Part shown: positions 1-12,831 of the stretch, one piece after another | Numbering within the stretch: position 1 is the first letter of the stretch | Layout of the letters: each line of letters begins with the position of its first letter | Source: Asterias rubens | Lineage: Eukaryota | Assembly: GCF_902459465.1 (NCBI RefSeq) | Contig: NC_047073.1 | Span: forward strand, 2,604,001 to 2,668,000 | Reading direction: 5' to 3' | Length of the DNA: 64,000 nucleotides | Program-made: the position numbers and the translations under genes | The notes under the pieces: model-generated | The model's database searches: none | What the model was told of the DNA's origin: nothing | The model's input: the letters and a program-made list of their open reading frames with translations, nothing else

Positions 1-246
1 ATATTTTGAACAGACAAAAATCATTTGGTAGCTTAAGTTCCACTATTTTGAGTTGTCATTCAGACAACAGTTGTCTCCATTATATATATTTCAATTTTGC
101 GCTTTTCCATCAAATTTGCGTACAAATGTGCACAAGCCAGTCTTTCTTCTCCACCAATACTTCAAAAAGTTTCATCTGATTTCTCTGCGATGGGCATAAA
201 AGGTTTCAGATAAAAGCCAAATTGAAAGTAGATCCGTTTTTTTTTA

Positions 247-1245
247 TTAAAGTCAGTGGACACTATTGGTAATTGTCAAAGACTAGCCTTCACAGAGTTG
301 TGTGCGTTTAGATGGTTGATTTCGAGACCTCAAGTTCTAAATCTGAGGTTTCGAAATCAAATTCGTGGAAAATTACTTCTTTCTCAAAAACTATGGCACT
401 TCAGAGGGAGCCGTTTCTCACAATGTTTTATACCATCAACCTCTCCCCATTACTCATTACCAGGTAAGGTTTAACCCTATAGGGCCCAACTCCTTCATTA
501 TCCTCATTGCTGAAGTGTATGACAAAGAAGGATTTGGGTTTTTAGTGTTCTGCAGCACAGGAGGATTTTGAAGGCTTTGGGACACTATGAGTTTGTATGA
601 GGATGAGGTTTAAGAAGGACTTGGGCTATTAGGCTATTTTTACAAAGGAGGATTTTGAAGGTATTAAGTCTCATGTAGCTTGGCCAAAACAGGATTGTGA
701 AGGTTTTGGGCTCTTACCAGTGGAGACATATTATTTTGTTCGGCAACTGAAATTTTCTTTGTTAGCTTGGTCATTGTTTTAGGGTTACATGCATAGGGTG
801 TTCATTGTATACCACACAGGCTTTGTAAACACACCATTCATGCCATTGGAATCTTTGGAATTTCTCAAGGGCATTGTCCTGGCCATAATACAGCTGGGCA
901 CTTCCATTTGGTTGAGGGTAATATTATGTAAAATTATAAATTTATTTCAATAACAATAAGCCAAATTCAGTGAGGTACATAGGTCAATGGGTAACCCTAA
1001 CCTATTCAAAATGGTGCAAATATCAAATATAATACACCAAGGGCCCCAACAGAGCTCTAAACTAAATCATAAACACATAAGGATTTAGAAGGATTTGGGA
1101 TAGTATGTTCATTTCCAATAAGGAGAAGGATATTGAAGGATTTGGACACTTAAAGTTTACGACAACTTCAAACTGAAGGATATTGAAGGATTTGGGCAGT
1201 ATGTTTTTGAAGGGTTTGTAATTACCAAGTGTCCACTGCCTTTAA
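247..1245 (+). mobile_element. TTAA-flanked T2/Kolobok-type MITE interrupted by a ~750-bp insertion
   Basis: Left end ttaa-AGTCAGTGGACACT at 247; right end AGTGTCCACTGCCT-ttaa at 1245. The family-typical body stops near 470, and the intervening sequence has a repeated GAAGGATTTGGG-like motif. Confidence 0.7.
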
Positions 1246-1595
1246 TCAGGCCTGTGAAATCTCCGCTCTAAAGCAGATTTCTGCTCTTTCTAATGTTCCC
1301 AGTCCGCATTTTTCTTTGGTTCCGCTTTTTTCCCGTTCCTTGTTTTTCTTGCGGGCTCCGCTTTTTTCCCGTTCCGTTTTTATCTTCTTTTTTTTACATC
1401 CGAAATAGATCGTCAAAAGCAGCACGTACCTGGAATCGGGAAGCACTTTAATTGCAATTTGATTTTGACATGTGAGTCGGGGGGCTAGACCCAGTACAAT
1501 ACTCCGTGTTGGTCTTTCATTTGAGCCATTGTTGTTAATTTTTTGTTTAGCACGATGTCTATTTTACATGTACTTCAATGTCATTGTTCCATTTC

Positions 1596-2103
1596 ACCAA
1601 TAGAGGGCGCTTTACTAAAAAGGCAACACCTTGAGACAAGATTAGGCACACATGGTTTTCCCGCGACGTACGGTGTGTATTTTTTTTGCGACAAGTAAAA
1701 TAAATGGCAGTCGACGACTAGGACTCATCGCGCTTGTGGATTTATTCATAAAAGAATTCTACAAAAATATCTTGAAAATGATGATGTACAACACATTGTT
1801 ACGTGTAAGAATTGTGGCCTATGTTTCTGTGAATGTGTTGCCTACGCTTCAGTTTTTAATTAAAGCCTTATATTACGTTCGTAGTGCTGGCCCAAAATCC
1901 GGACAACAATTTTCCGGGTTTTTTTTTCATGACCCGCTCACAGGCCTGTTTAATGAACCCTGTAACATCAAATTTAACTCGATATCCTTACGCAGACATG
2001 TCTATACCAGACTGAGCGCTAAACAGCGTGCGACCAGCTCGACCTTGACGCATAAAACCATAACAAAATGAGTGACGCAGCGCGAAGGGCACCCTCTATT
2101 GGT
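1596..2103. mobile_element. Putative MITE with short TIRs
   Basis: ACCAATAGAGGGCGC at 1596 and GCACCCTCTATTGGT ending at 2103. Confidence 0.4.
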
Positions 2104-2890
2104 AGTGACAGTCCCTACCTACAGTCTTTGCACAAAATTTGTATCAATGGTGAAATTAAAGCTTGTCCCATGAGTAATTTGATAGTAAAAACATTATTGC
2201 CACAGGTTCATTTATCACAAACTTATGCTCGTTTAAAGTTGTTGTTTTTCTGTGGGGGGGGGGGTGTCTTCATGTAACTCAAAATTTTAGTAGTGTCAAC
2301 GTTTGTTGAAACCAGGGACAAAAAAATTGGTAGGTCCCTTCCTGCACGATAAATTTAAAAAAAAATAAACAAATAAATTTGGGGAGGTTTGGGCAAATTT
2401 CATGAGGCCATATCTCAAAAACAATATGGAGTAAGAAAAAAATTTTTGTTGTTTGTTCATTTTAGCGGAACAGTTTGACTAAGTTTCGAAAATCTAAGAG
2501 GGTCAGTTGGGAATTTTTCTGAAATTTTGTTGATTTGACATGGAATGACCCTGTTGCAATGATGTACTGAATTGAAAATTGCATCACATATTTAGTGCTG
2601 GACGAATAGTGAAATGTTGTTATTCGGATACCGCTGGCCAACTATCCGAAATTAACCGGATATTCGGATATTAAAGAATATCCGGTTACTCGGTTGTAAT
2701 TACAGAATTATCCGGTTTGTAAATAGGTATTTACTCCCTATGCGGATATCCGGTTAAGAAAAAAAAGGCATTCGCAGTTACGGATAGGAAAACCTATTCG
2801 CCATTAACCGGATATTCGAATAATTCGCCCAGGCCTACACATATTGCTTCATACATAGATTCATTGATGAACAGATAAAACTTAAAGAGT

Positions 2891-3490
2891 TTAAAGTCAC
2901 CTGGAAATTAAAAAAATATTTTTTTCAAACATAAGAGTATATATTTAGTAACAATAAAACAATTTGTTTAAGTAATTGTTTGAACAAAATAGTTAAAGTT
3001 GTTTTGGGGTTGACCCCCCCCTACCCCTTTTGTGACGTCAATCGAGGCAGACTTTGCCTTGATGCGTAGAGTAAACACACGTGCAAAGTACAAGTCATTG
3101 AGTTTGAAGGTTGCAAAATCTTGCATTCTTGCTTTTCTTGCATTTTTCTGGCAATGCCAACCAAGTGTATTGCTGCTGGATGCTGCAAAACAACTATAGA
3201 TGGGGTCAGTCTGCATTTGGTCAGACTCACAAGAGCAATAGTGCCCAGGGGTTTCGGTCCAAGGTTCTTTTCAGCACTGTGCAGTATTTTCTCTTCAAAC
3301 ATCGCTCCTCGATTGACGTCACGAACAGCGCCCCCTTCGGCGGGGCCTACTCTAAAATTTGTAAATAAGACAAGAACTCATTTTTTAGAACCTTAGTTAA
3401 CTGTTTGTTCACATTCCACTCATCAAAACACGTATATTATCAGTGAAAAAAGCTTTATTTTGACAAAATACCTTTTCCAGGTGACTTTAA
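2891..3490 (+). mobile_element. ~600-bp TTAA-flanked MITE (AGTCACCTGGAAA termini)
   Basis: ttaaAGTCACCTGGAAA...TTTCCAGGTGACTttaa, with an internal inverted GTGACGTCAATCGAGG motif. Confidence 0.8.
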
Positions 3491-4378
3491 CACTGGTTCC
3501 TGTTGAATGAGCTAGAACAATGGAACATTTAAATGATCATAAGTTCATAACTCCATATTGCAATGATGTACTGACTTGATAGAACCCTTGTTATCCAATT
3601 CTATAGGGTACTTTCAATTTCAAAAATCTTTGTGATAAATCGTTGTATTTACCGGAGGATAAAGCGCCAGTCAAAATGTTTGATATCGTCCAGGATTGAT
3701 TGTGTAAGCTTCACACAAATGACAATTGTATTGGATGAACAGAGTATTTAACTGTGTAATGTTAGATTTGTATTTTGCGGGGTGATTGCGCATGGTAAAT
3801 TTGCTGCGTCAATGAAGACGCAATGTTTTTGCTCTGCTGCGCAGTTGTGTTTAAACTTTCTCTAACTCTCATTTTTGTGTGCACCCAACAAACTATAAAT
3901 TTTGTTTTCGTTCACTTGTTTCATCTACAGATAAACTACTGAAGACAGAGATGTCTGGTCATCAGTCACGGTGGCTGCCCATCACACTGAGCAGAGATGT
4001 CTCAATCTATCAATGTTGAAGCCTTGATGAGTCGCCAGCAATCTGCTTACTCTACTCAATCAACGTTCGGATTTTCGGGTACGATGCACACTTCCCTATA
4101 GTGACTGGGCAACAGAGGGCGCCATCACTTTTGCACAATTTAGCGTTTTGCAATTGTGTAGAGTGCATTAGATCACACAATAGAGATTGGGCGCCATAAT
4201 TCCTGTTAGATTGGGCATGTGCATGACAAATTTTAGAGCTATCTAAAAGCAACCTTTATAAAACATGAAATTTGATAAAGGAACTTGAACAAGTAATGCC
4301 CATATTTATAAACCAAGTATACAAGTTGCCAACGATCAATGATCATTTGGCCACGCAGGGCGATTAAGAACTTAGTTG

Positions 4379-4725
4379 TTAAAGACAGTGGACACTTGTG
4401 GTAATTGTCAAAGACCAGTCTTCTCACTTGGTGTATCTCAACATAGTATGCATAAAATAACAAAACTGTGAAAATTTGAGCTCAATTGGTCGTCGAAGTT
4501 GCGTGCTTTCAGATGCTTGATTTCATAACCTCAATTCTAAATCTGAGGTCTCGAAATCAAATTCGTAGAAAAATTACTTCTTTCTCGAAAACTACGTCTC
4601 TTCAGAGGGAGGCGGTTCTCACAATGTTTTATACTATCAACCTTTCCCTATTACTCGTTATACCAAGTAAGGTTTTATGCTAATAATTATTTTGAGTAAT
4701 TGCCAAGAGTGTCCACTGCCTTTGA
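4379..4725 (+). mobile_element. TTAA-flanked T2/Kolobok-type MITE
   Basis: ttaa-AGACAGTGGACAC...GTGTCCACTGCCT-ttga. The body is homologous to the copies at 32879 and 53821. Confidence 0.8.
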
Positions 4726-5656
4726 TGTGACTGAGCAACAGAAGGTGCCATCACTTTTGCGCAATTTAGCGTTTCACAATTGTGTACGTGTGCATTAAAT
4801 CATGCAATAGAGATTGGGCACCATGATTCCTGTGACACTGGGCATGTGTATGACAAGTTTCAGAGCTAGTAGTAGTAGTACTGAAAGCACACTTAATAAC
4901 ATATGGAAATTGATCAAGGAACTTGAATAAGTAATGTCTAAATATAAATAAACGAAGTATACAAGTTGCCTACGATTAATCATTTGGCCACACAGTGCAA
5001 TTAATAACGAGTTGTTAAGGGGCTCTTTCAAGGCCATTGGTAAAGCGTAGGGATCGCAAAAAATGTGGATCAAGAACTATATCGATGTTAAAGTACCTTA
5101 TATGGATTTGTTGCAAATTGGGAAATTTTTTTTGAAAGATAATCTTGAATAATATAGAATCATCTTCTACAAATGTACAAATTGTGCAGACTATTCCCTC
5201 TCATCACTGTTTAACTAACAATGTTGTGATGATGATTGTGCCCACGTAATCGAACATGCCTGTCCTACTCCTGACGATAGGTGGCCCTCTAGTGAGACAT
5301 TTCAACTCAATATGAACCAGCTGGTATTCAAAAATTCTGCATGACTCAATGAATAGTTTACTCACTAAATGTTTAAAGTTTATACATTACTATTTGTTTT
5401 GTCAAATTGTACAGATGAACTAATGAAGACCACAGAGATGTCAGATCTTCATTCATGAATGGCTGTCCATCGAACTGAGCAGAGATGTCTTAATCTATCA
5501 ATGATGAAGTCTTTGAGAGTCTCCAGCAGACTGCTTTGACAACTCAATCAACTTCACGTTTAAAGGTGCGAAACAAAAGTTGATTTAAACAAACAAAAAA
5601 GTTTATGAATGATGTTTCTAAAATATCATCCATAAACCTTTTTTTTTTGTATGAGC

Positions 5657-6197
5657 GTAAAGGAACACGTGGCCTTGTTATAAAATGCATAATGGTTGGA
5701 AAGATGTTTTAAAAGTAGAATACAATGATCCCTACAAATTTGCATCGAAAATGCATCGTTTTCCTTTTACTTTGCGAACTAACACGGTTGGCCAAGTCAA
5801 AAACTTGTTCCTTTAATTTCTGAGAATAAGTACACTGAACCAATAAAGCTACCCCCCATTTCTGATGGAATATGCCCAGGTTGGTTGTGTGGTGTGAACA
5901 TTTTGACATTTTGAGAAAACAGCTCCCTCTGAAGTACTGTAGTTTTTGAGAAAAGAAGTAATTTTCAACGAATTTGATTTCGAGTAGACCTCAGATTTAG
6001 AATATGAGGTCTCGAAATCAAGCATATGAAAGCGGAAACTTCGTGTGACAAGGATGTTTTTTTTTTTCTATTCTTATCTCGCAACTTCAAAGCTCATATT
6101 CTCACAGGTTTGTTATTTTATTCATATGTTGAGATACATGTACACCAAGTGAGAAGACTGGTCTTTGACAATTACCAATAGTGTCCAATGTCTTTAA
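5657..6197 (-). mobile_element. TTAA-type MITE (composite ends)
   Basis: Left end taaAGGAACACGT, right end GTGTCCAATGTCTttaa. The interval 5900-6197 is the reverse complement of the common MITE body. Confidence 0.65.
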
Positions 6198-9100
6198 TGT
6201 AAGAGAGTGAAAAATTCACTCTCTTGTCTGAGTGGTGTTAGTTTCCCTGTGTTGCGAGTGAAAGTCAATCTGCATTAAGCCAGGTTCGTGTGAAGTGAAA
6301 TTGAGGTGAGTTTGACGTCACAACTCTCCTTTCGCAGCGATATTCTCAAGTGAGTTGAGCAGAGTTGAACTGCTGCGAATTATTCATTGCAAATTTGTGA
6401 CGTCAAAAATCGCTTCGCATTCGCAGGAAGTATGAACCGGGCTACACTCTTTTTGTGTGAAATTGGAACGAACTTCACTCTAAATTCTGGTTGAAAGTAC
6501 CCATCTTACAAGAGTTGTCAGCCATATGGCTCTTTGCAAGAGTGGTCTGGCAGACAAATCAAGTGGTTTTTCTTTTATTGTACATTAAAAGCATACCCTT
6601 ACTCCAATGTGTGTAAGCACTGTATACTAGGTACTTCCCCTGAGTTCTGTAAAAAAATCTGAACAGGCATATACTCGGATTGGATTTGAACCCACAGCCT
6701 TTGCAATTCTAGAGCTGTACTGTTCAGCACACTGTTGGTAGACCTATGTTAACATTGCAGTAGATCATCATAACTTGGCAAATAACTACCATAAGGCCAT
6801 GCCGGAGTGGGGAGAAGTTGGAAATTACATGCCAGAGAATTATTGACCAATTCTATAAGTCTGGGCTTGGATGGAGAGTGTTCCCTGAAATCAGGGCAAC
6901 ATTTTGGGAGGCCAGTACTGGTTTTGAGATTCCTTTTCTCAAGTTGGTTTCAGGGAATTGCAACTTGCTGAAAGCATGGGGGAAAGAGAAATAATTCCTT
7001 GAATTTCAGCCAAATCCTGCCTTTCATTGAGTTTTCACAGTGGTTTCACTGCAGAGATTTTCAGAGTGTCAAAGGGCAAAATAACACTTGATCTACCCCC
7101 CAAAAAAAATTCTCATTGGACCTCTTTTTCCCTCAAAATTCTGTCATTCTCTAATATTATACAGGTAGAGATTTGTTTAAATTCTGTCTCAAATGGTTCC
7201 ATGTAGGGACCATATTGCCCGCAAACTCTGCTTCTAATATTGATCCCTCAGCAGTGTCACACTTCAGCTAGTTTTTGAACCACTGTAACTGGTCTTTTTT
7301 TTTGCGATAATGTCTTGTTTCTTTTGATACTGAGGGAAAATAAATGAACCTTGAATCTCATTCTCTTTTTTTTTTTCATCAACAGATCAAGTGATCCAAA
7401 CTGAGGTTGTCAGATCATCAGTCACAGTGCTGTCCAGATTGTCAGATCGTCAGTCATAGTGGCAGTCCATGTAGCACAGAGGAGAAGTGATGCTGAAGCC
7501 TAGTGTCCAGCAATCTGCGATTTGACAACACATTCAACTTCCTGTCTACGGGTAAGATACAAAATTGATATTGATAATACAAAATTAGAGGTCGAATTGG
7601 CGTAGTGTATCTTTCCTAAATCGCCTACACCTCTAGGACCCCCTGTTTGAATCACAACGGGGGCACTACGTGAACTGGGTTGTTCCTACCTTTGACTGTG
7701 TGGGTTTTCCCTTGAATTATTTTCTGGGGTTTTCCTCCCACATCTAAAACTAAAACGTCTTTCCTCATTGGGTTCTTGGCTACTACAATGATTAAGTTCA
7801 CTTTTCAGAGAGTCCATGGCTTCACATTCACAACCAAAAGAAATGAAATGAATCACATTTCTGACATTGTCACTGTTCACAAAAAGGTTAGAAAACAGAG
7901 CCCTGCCAGGAGAGTGTTGTGAATAAAGCAATAAGTAATGTTTCAAAACACAAGCGAATATGACTGGGGACATTTTATGAACACAGACAAAAATGACCTG
8001 AGCAGGATTTTAATCTATTACCTCCAGATTGACATGCTGGCCACTCCCAACACAGTACACGTTCCCGATTGAGAAAGAATTGCCACACAGTGTGCCGGAC
8101 GCCTGGAGATTGGTACAATGTACAGCCTTGAAGCATTTTCAAACATCTACAACTTTTGCTGATTGAGGGCGCGCGGGGTTTGGGGCAAGGTTCATTGAAT
8201 TTATTTGAAGTTCCGTGTTTATAATCTGTGCGTTACTACCGATCCTTGAATCTTGATTATTTTATTGGAAACGAAGTTCTTAACGGAACCTCTTATCACT
8301 AACTCATTCTCTCTCTTTTCATCTAAAAATCAAGTGATCCAAACTGAGGTTGTCAGATCATCAGTCATAGTGGCAGTCCGTGTTGCACAGAGCAGAAGCG
8401 ATGCTGAAGCCTAGTGTCCAGCAATCTGCGATATGACAACTCATCCAACTTTCTGTCTACAGGTAAGACACAAAATTGATATTGATAATACAAAATTGGT
8501 GGTCGAATTGGCATAGTGTATTTTTCCTAAATCACCTCCACCTCTAGGACCCAGGCTTATTGAATCACACCGGGAGAACTACGTGGATTGGGTAATCAGT
8601 TCCTATTTGCAACTCTATGGTTTTCCCTTGAATCATTTTCTGGGGTGTTCATCAAACATCTAAAACTTCATTTCTCATTGGGTTCTTGGCTATTAGAATG
8701 ATTAAGTTCGCTTTTCTGAGAGTCATTGGCTTCACTTTCACAAACAGAACAAATGTAATGAATTAATCACATTTCTGACATCGTCACCATCTACAAAAAG
8801 GTAAACCCATCCCATGGCCAAAATCACATCCAGAGTTGATCGAACTATACATTAGTTGTTAAACTTGCATTGGGGAAAAAGAATTTTTTTTTAATTATCT
8901 TTAATTTTTTAATCATACACAGATTGCATACGCCAATGTGTGTTAGCACTGAAGCTCAGTACTTTCCGGAGTCCTATGGAAAAAAAATTCACAGGAATCA
9001 TACTCGGTTGGAACCCTAAACCCTTGCAGTTCTAGAGCAATGTCTATCCAACTAGACTACCGAGATTGGGCGGTAGCTAGAGGCAGCTCGAATCCTAGGT

Positions 9101-9870
9101 CAAGTTATGGGTGAAAGAATAATAATTCCTTGAATTTCAGCCAAATTCTACTTTTCATTGAGCTTTCACAGTGATTTCACTGCAAAGATTTTCGGAGTGT
9201 CAAAGTCAAAATAGTACCTTTGATCACCCCCCCCCCCCAAAAAAAAGAAGAAATTGGTGATTAATTTCATCCTCATTGGACCTCCATGGTACACTCATAG
9301 AGGTAGAAATTTGTTAAAAATCTGTCTCAAATGAATTCCATGTAGGGTCCATATTGCCCGCAAACTCTGCTTCTAATATGGATCCAGTGTCACATTTCAG
9401 CCAGTTTTAAAAGTACTGTTACTGATCTTTTTCTAGTGATAATATCTTTTTTCTTTGGATACTGGTGGCAAAGTAAATGAACCTTGAATCTCATTCTCTT
9501 TTTTTTTTCATCTACAGATCAAGAGATCCAAAGTGAGGTTGTCAGATCATCAGTCATAGTGCTGTCCAGATTGTCAGATCGTCAGTCATAGTGGCAGTTC
9601 GTGTAGCACGGAGCAGAAGCAATGCTGAAGCCTGGTGTCCAGCAATCTGCAATATGACAACACATTCAACTTCCTGTCATCAGGTAAGATACAAAATTGA
9701 TATTGATAATACAAAATTGGTGGTCGAATTGGCGTAGTGTATCTTTCCTAAATCGCCTTCACCTCTAGGTTCCCCTGTACTGGTCCACCTCTAGGTCCCA
9801 TCTGAGCTGTCTAGCCCTATGGTGGTCTACCCTCAATCACTGGCTGATAGTTTTTTGTTGAATGGCTTCT

Positions 9871-10046
9871 CAGGGCTGTATGCTTCGTTTTTGAAAGGGC
9901 AAGGGCACCAAGGCAATTTCTCTTTGTCAAAGGGCACCCTATGAGGAAATTGTAAAATTCTACTGGAGCATTTCAAGGGCACCAAGGCAATGACAAGGGG
10001 CAATGGAGGCAATCGCCTCCGTTGCCTCTGTGAAGTATCAGGCCTG
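9871..10046 (+). mobile_element. 176-bp CAGG...CCTG MITE with a 6-bp TSD
   Basis: Flanked by gcttct/gcttct (9865-9870, 10047-10052). Near-identical inverted copy at 59952-60127. Confidence 0.8.
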
Positions 10047-11608
10047 GCTTCTGACTGGTACCCTGAACAAATATAATTAACAAAACTGCCAATATCGGAG
10101 CTTGATAACTCGGTTAGTAGATCGCATCCTTGTTACTTCAAAGGGCCCACGTTCAAAGCCCGCAGTTGACAAGTTTTCTTTTACCTGGCCTCTACAAAGA
10201 TGAAATTCAGGGCCTATGTTGATAGATGCACCGGTGAGTGGTATGTTGTTTTCATTGAAAACTAACAGACCATGTGACCTTTTTTGTGCCAAAAGAACGA
10301 TCTTCTACATTCCAGGGTCTTTCTAGCTGGCAATTGATACTCTCACTGGTCACATAAACAATTTTACATTGTGTGTATTTTTCCACATAACTTTAAAGGG
10401 TTATAAGAAATTAAACAAATAAATAAGATTATAGATGTGCTCCTTTCATCATATCAAAGGTTGATAAAAATCAGACATTGCAATTATCATACACCGTTCT
10501 CTTGCATGTACAAACTATGCCTGCAGGAAGTTCAGCCTCTGTGATGAATCTTTTTTAAACATGTGTTGATGTCACAGGTTACATGGTCTATAGATTCAAA
10601 TGAATTCGCTCTTGAATATCTGTACATGGCTTTATTGTTGTTATGTTAAACTTTTTTTTCTAACCTTGTTTCATTTACTCAGATCAACTAATCCAGACAT
10701 TTGAGAGTGTCAGATCTTCATTCAGAGTGGGAGTGCATACCTCTGCCTTGAGCAATCAATCAACTTTACAGGTATGTAAACATTATTGGTTTGAGACAAA
10801 CAGATTTAATATTTCTAAGGAAAACCCAAGTAGTTTGGGTTAATACCCTGGTATTCCTTGGTTACTAGCGTAAAAAACCTTCGCAATCTTTCAAACTTTT
10901 GCCTCTTTATCATGGCTTGTAATAAAGAAGCATAGTGTGAGGCGATATTTACTAAAATCCAAAGAGTACTTGTGCGACAATAGAGTTCTACCCTGGGGTG
11001 CCTCAATCATTGAGTCACTAGGTTTTACATTGCCTTATTAATAAATGATGATTGCTATATCAACAAAGATGTTAAATCTTGTTCTTGTTCCCTTTTTTTC
11101 ATTTTCAGACGGAGAGTTTCGGATATTCACAAGGAGTTTGCAGCCCATCATACGACCATCAACATCGATGCGTATATATATTTATATATAGATTTATTCT
11201 TTTTAAAACATTTAAAGGACCAAAAACACAATGTCCACATATTTACACTAAACTTACACAGTTTGAAGATAATAGTATAAAGCTTCCCTGAAAATATTAC
11301 GAGCTGAGGTGCTGTAGTTTTTGGGAGATGAGTAAAACAATGTCATGAAAATAGTTTTCGTCTCATGAGACGGAAATTATTTTAATCATAGAACAAGTGT
11401 CGACAACTCTCGGCACCACCAGTGCGGCTTGGTTGCGAGACAACAATCGGTGAAATCTTTGGCCCTTGAGGGCACCAGTTCATTTAAGCAAGCAACAACT
11501 ACCTTCTGCTCAACACTTGCGTCTAAAAAACAAAGCGCAGAATTGCGTCTAGCTCGTTTATATTTTGTGAGACATTACAACATTGACGTAGACACTAGGA
11601 GTACATCT

Positions 11609-11756
11609 AATAGGAGACTTTCCAACGCTAGGTGGCGGCAGACATACCGGGTAAATTTCCATTGTTTACGTAGTTCTGAACATGCGCATAATTCTGAGAA
11701 CAATGGATTTACCCGGTAAGTCTGCTGCCCTCTATCGTCCCAGAAAGTCTCCCATT
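11609..11756. repeat. Foldback (palindromic) element
   Basis: Nested inverted arms: GGAGACTTT/AAAGTCTCC, GCAGAC.TACCGGGTAAAT/ATTTACCCGGTA.GTCTGC, CCATTGTT/AACAATGG. A related terminus occurs at about 46174-46311. Confidence 0.7.
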
Positions 11757-12831
11757 GAACTTCACTGAACAGAAAACATATCTACCATTGCACTTGGGCC
11801 TTTGGATCATCACAAGTTCTAGGTGGCCAAGGGGGTCCACCGACAGGCACAGGTGTTTGCACAACTCTGCTTTTTTTTTTGGCAAAATTTTTCAATAAAA
11901 AAATGGACATGACTCTCCTTGTAACTTGTCTTTTATTTGCCTTAGCCCTACGACCCCCCCCCCCCCCCCCCAACTTAAATATTGAGGGCCCACCTTATCC
12001 CGGTGGGACCATCGGGCCGTCTTTTTTGCCCACAGTACAATGGGTCCAGCAAATTTATCAAATTTATGTCTAAAACTTAACAAAATGGCAAAGGGTCACA
12101 AGAGCAGTTTTATCAAACTTGTGCCATTGACAATTTGAGGCTTAATAGAACACAATGCCTTGGATAAGGCAAATGTGCCTTGTAAGTGCATGGTTTTCCT
12201 TTCACTCTGCAAACTAATACGGTCAGCCTTTTTGTGGAGTCAAGTTTTTGACTAAAATGGCCGACCGTGATAGGTCGCAAAGTTCAAGGAAAACCATGGC
12301 ATATTTGTGTGGATCATTGTATTCTACTTTAAAACATCTTTCTGACCAGAAAATGTCCAGATAAATGTATCTGAATTTCCAGATTTCAAGACCATGAATT
12401 TCCAGATTTCAAGGGGGGGGGGGAGGGTCGTGGATAATTTGTTGAGAGGGGGGGGGTTGCCATGTTAAAACCAGATAGCATCAGGAATATAGATATATAA
12501 ATATCACCTGCCTGTGTTACCAGAGTACCAAATCCTACTAGCATTCTCAGGTACTATGTGAGTGTGAAAAAACACGTAAAAAGCCATAAAGCGTGGGGCT
12601 GAGTTGTAAACAAGGCCATGTCCACATTACAGCGCCTACAGCTACGGCTATGAGACCGAAGATACAGACATCCTTTACATTAAGATTTTGAGAGCCATAC
12701 ATAGCCCTAGCCATTAACACCAACTCAAAAAATGCAACAGAAAATTGCACTTTTTGGAAACAGTTTTTCATTTAACACAACAAGAGGCAATACAAGCATT
12801 ATGAAATTATATCGAGTGTGTGTGGGATGGG

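Larger units (their letters stand above)
3931..10771 (+). ncRNA. Putative multi-exon lncRNA made of six homologous non-coding exon cassettes
   Basis: Cassettes: 3931-4078, 5415-5565, 7386-7551, 8329-8462, 9518-9683, 10683-10771. Five have a YAG|AT acceptor after a T-rich tract (the 8329 copy has AA instead of AG), and all end in G|GT. They share motifs (TGTCAGATC.TCA.TCA, CCAGCAATCTGC, CTCAATCAACTT). The three cassettes translated fully (3931, 5415, 7386) have stops in all frames. No transcript evidence is available to me. Confidence 0.45.

Noticed and set aside
256-571. Recurring short ORFs such as [26 protein letters not shown] (also 4486, 33054, 53915, 63628)
   Set aside because: Chance frames in a non-autonomous MITE; no transposase similarity, and the frames differ between copies.
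5221-5292. Possible C/D snoRNA (GTGATGA...CTGA)
   Set aside because: Only about 50 nt between the boxes, a weak terminal stem, and no rRNA/snRNA complement I could verify. Needs an Rfam/snoscan run.
10539-10612. C-box GTGATGA about 140 nt upstream of the 10683 cassette
   Set aside because: No downstream CTGA D-box or closing stem.
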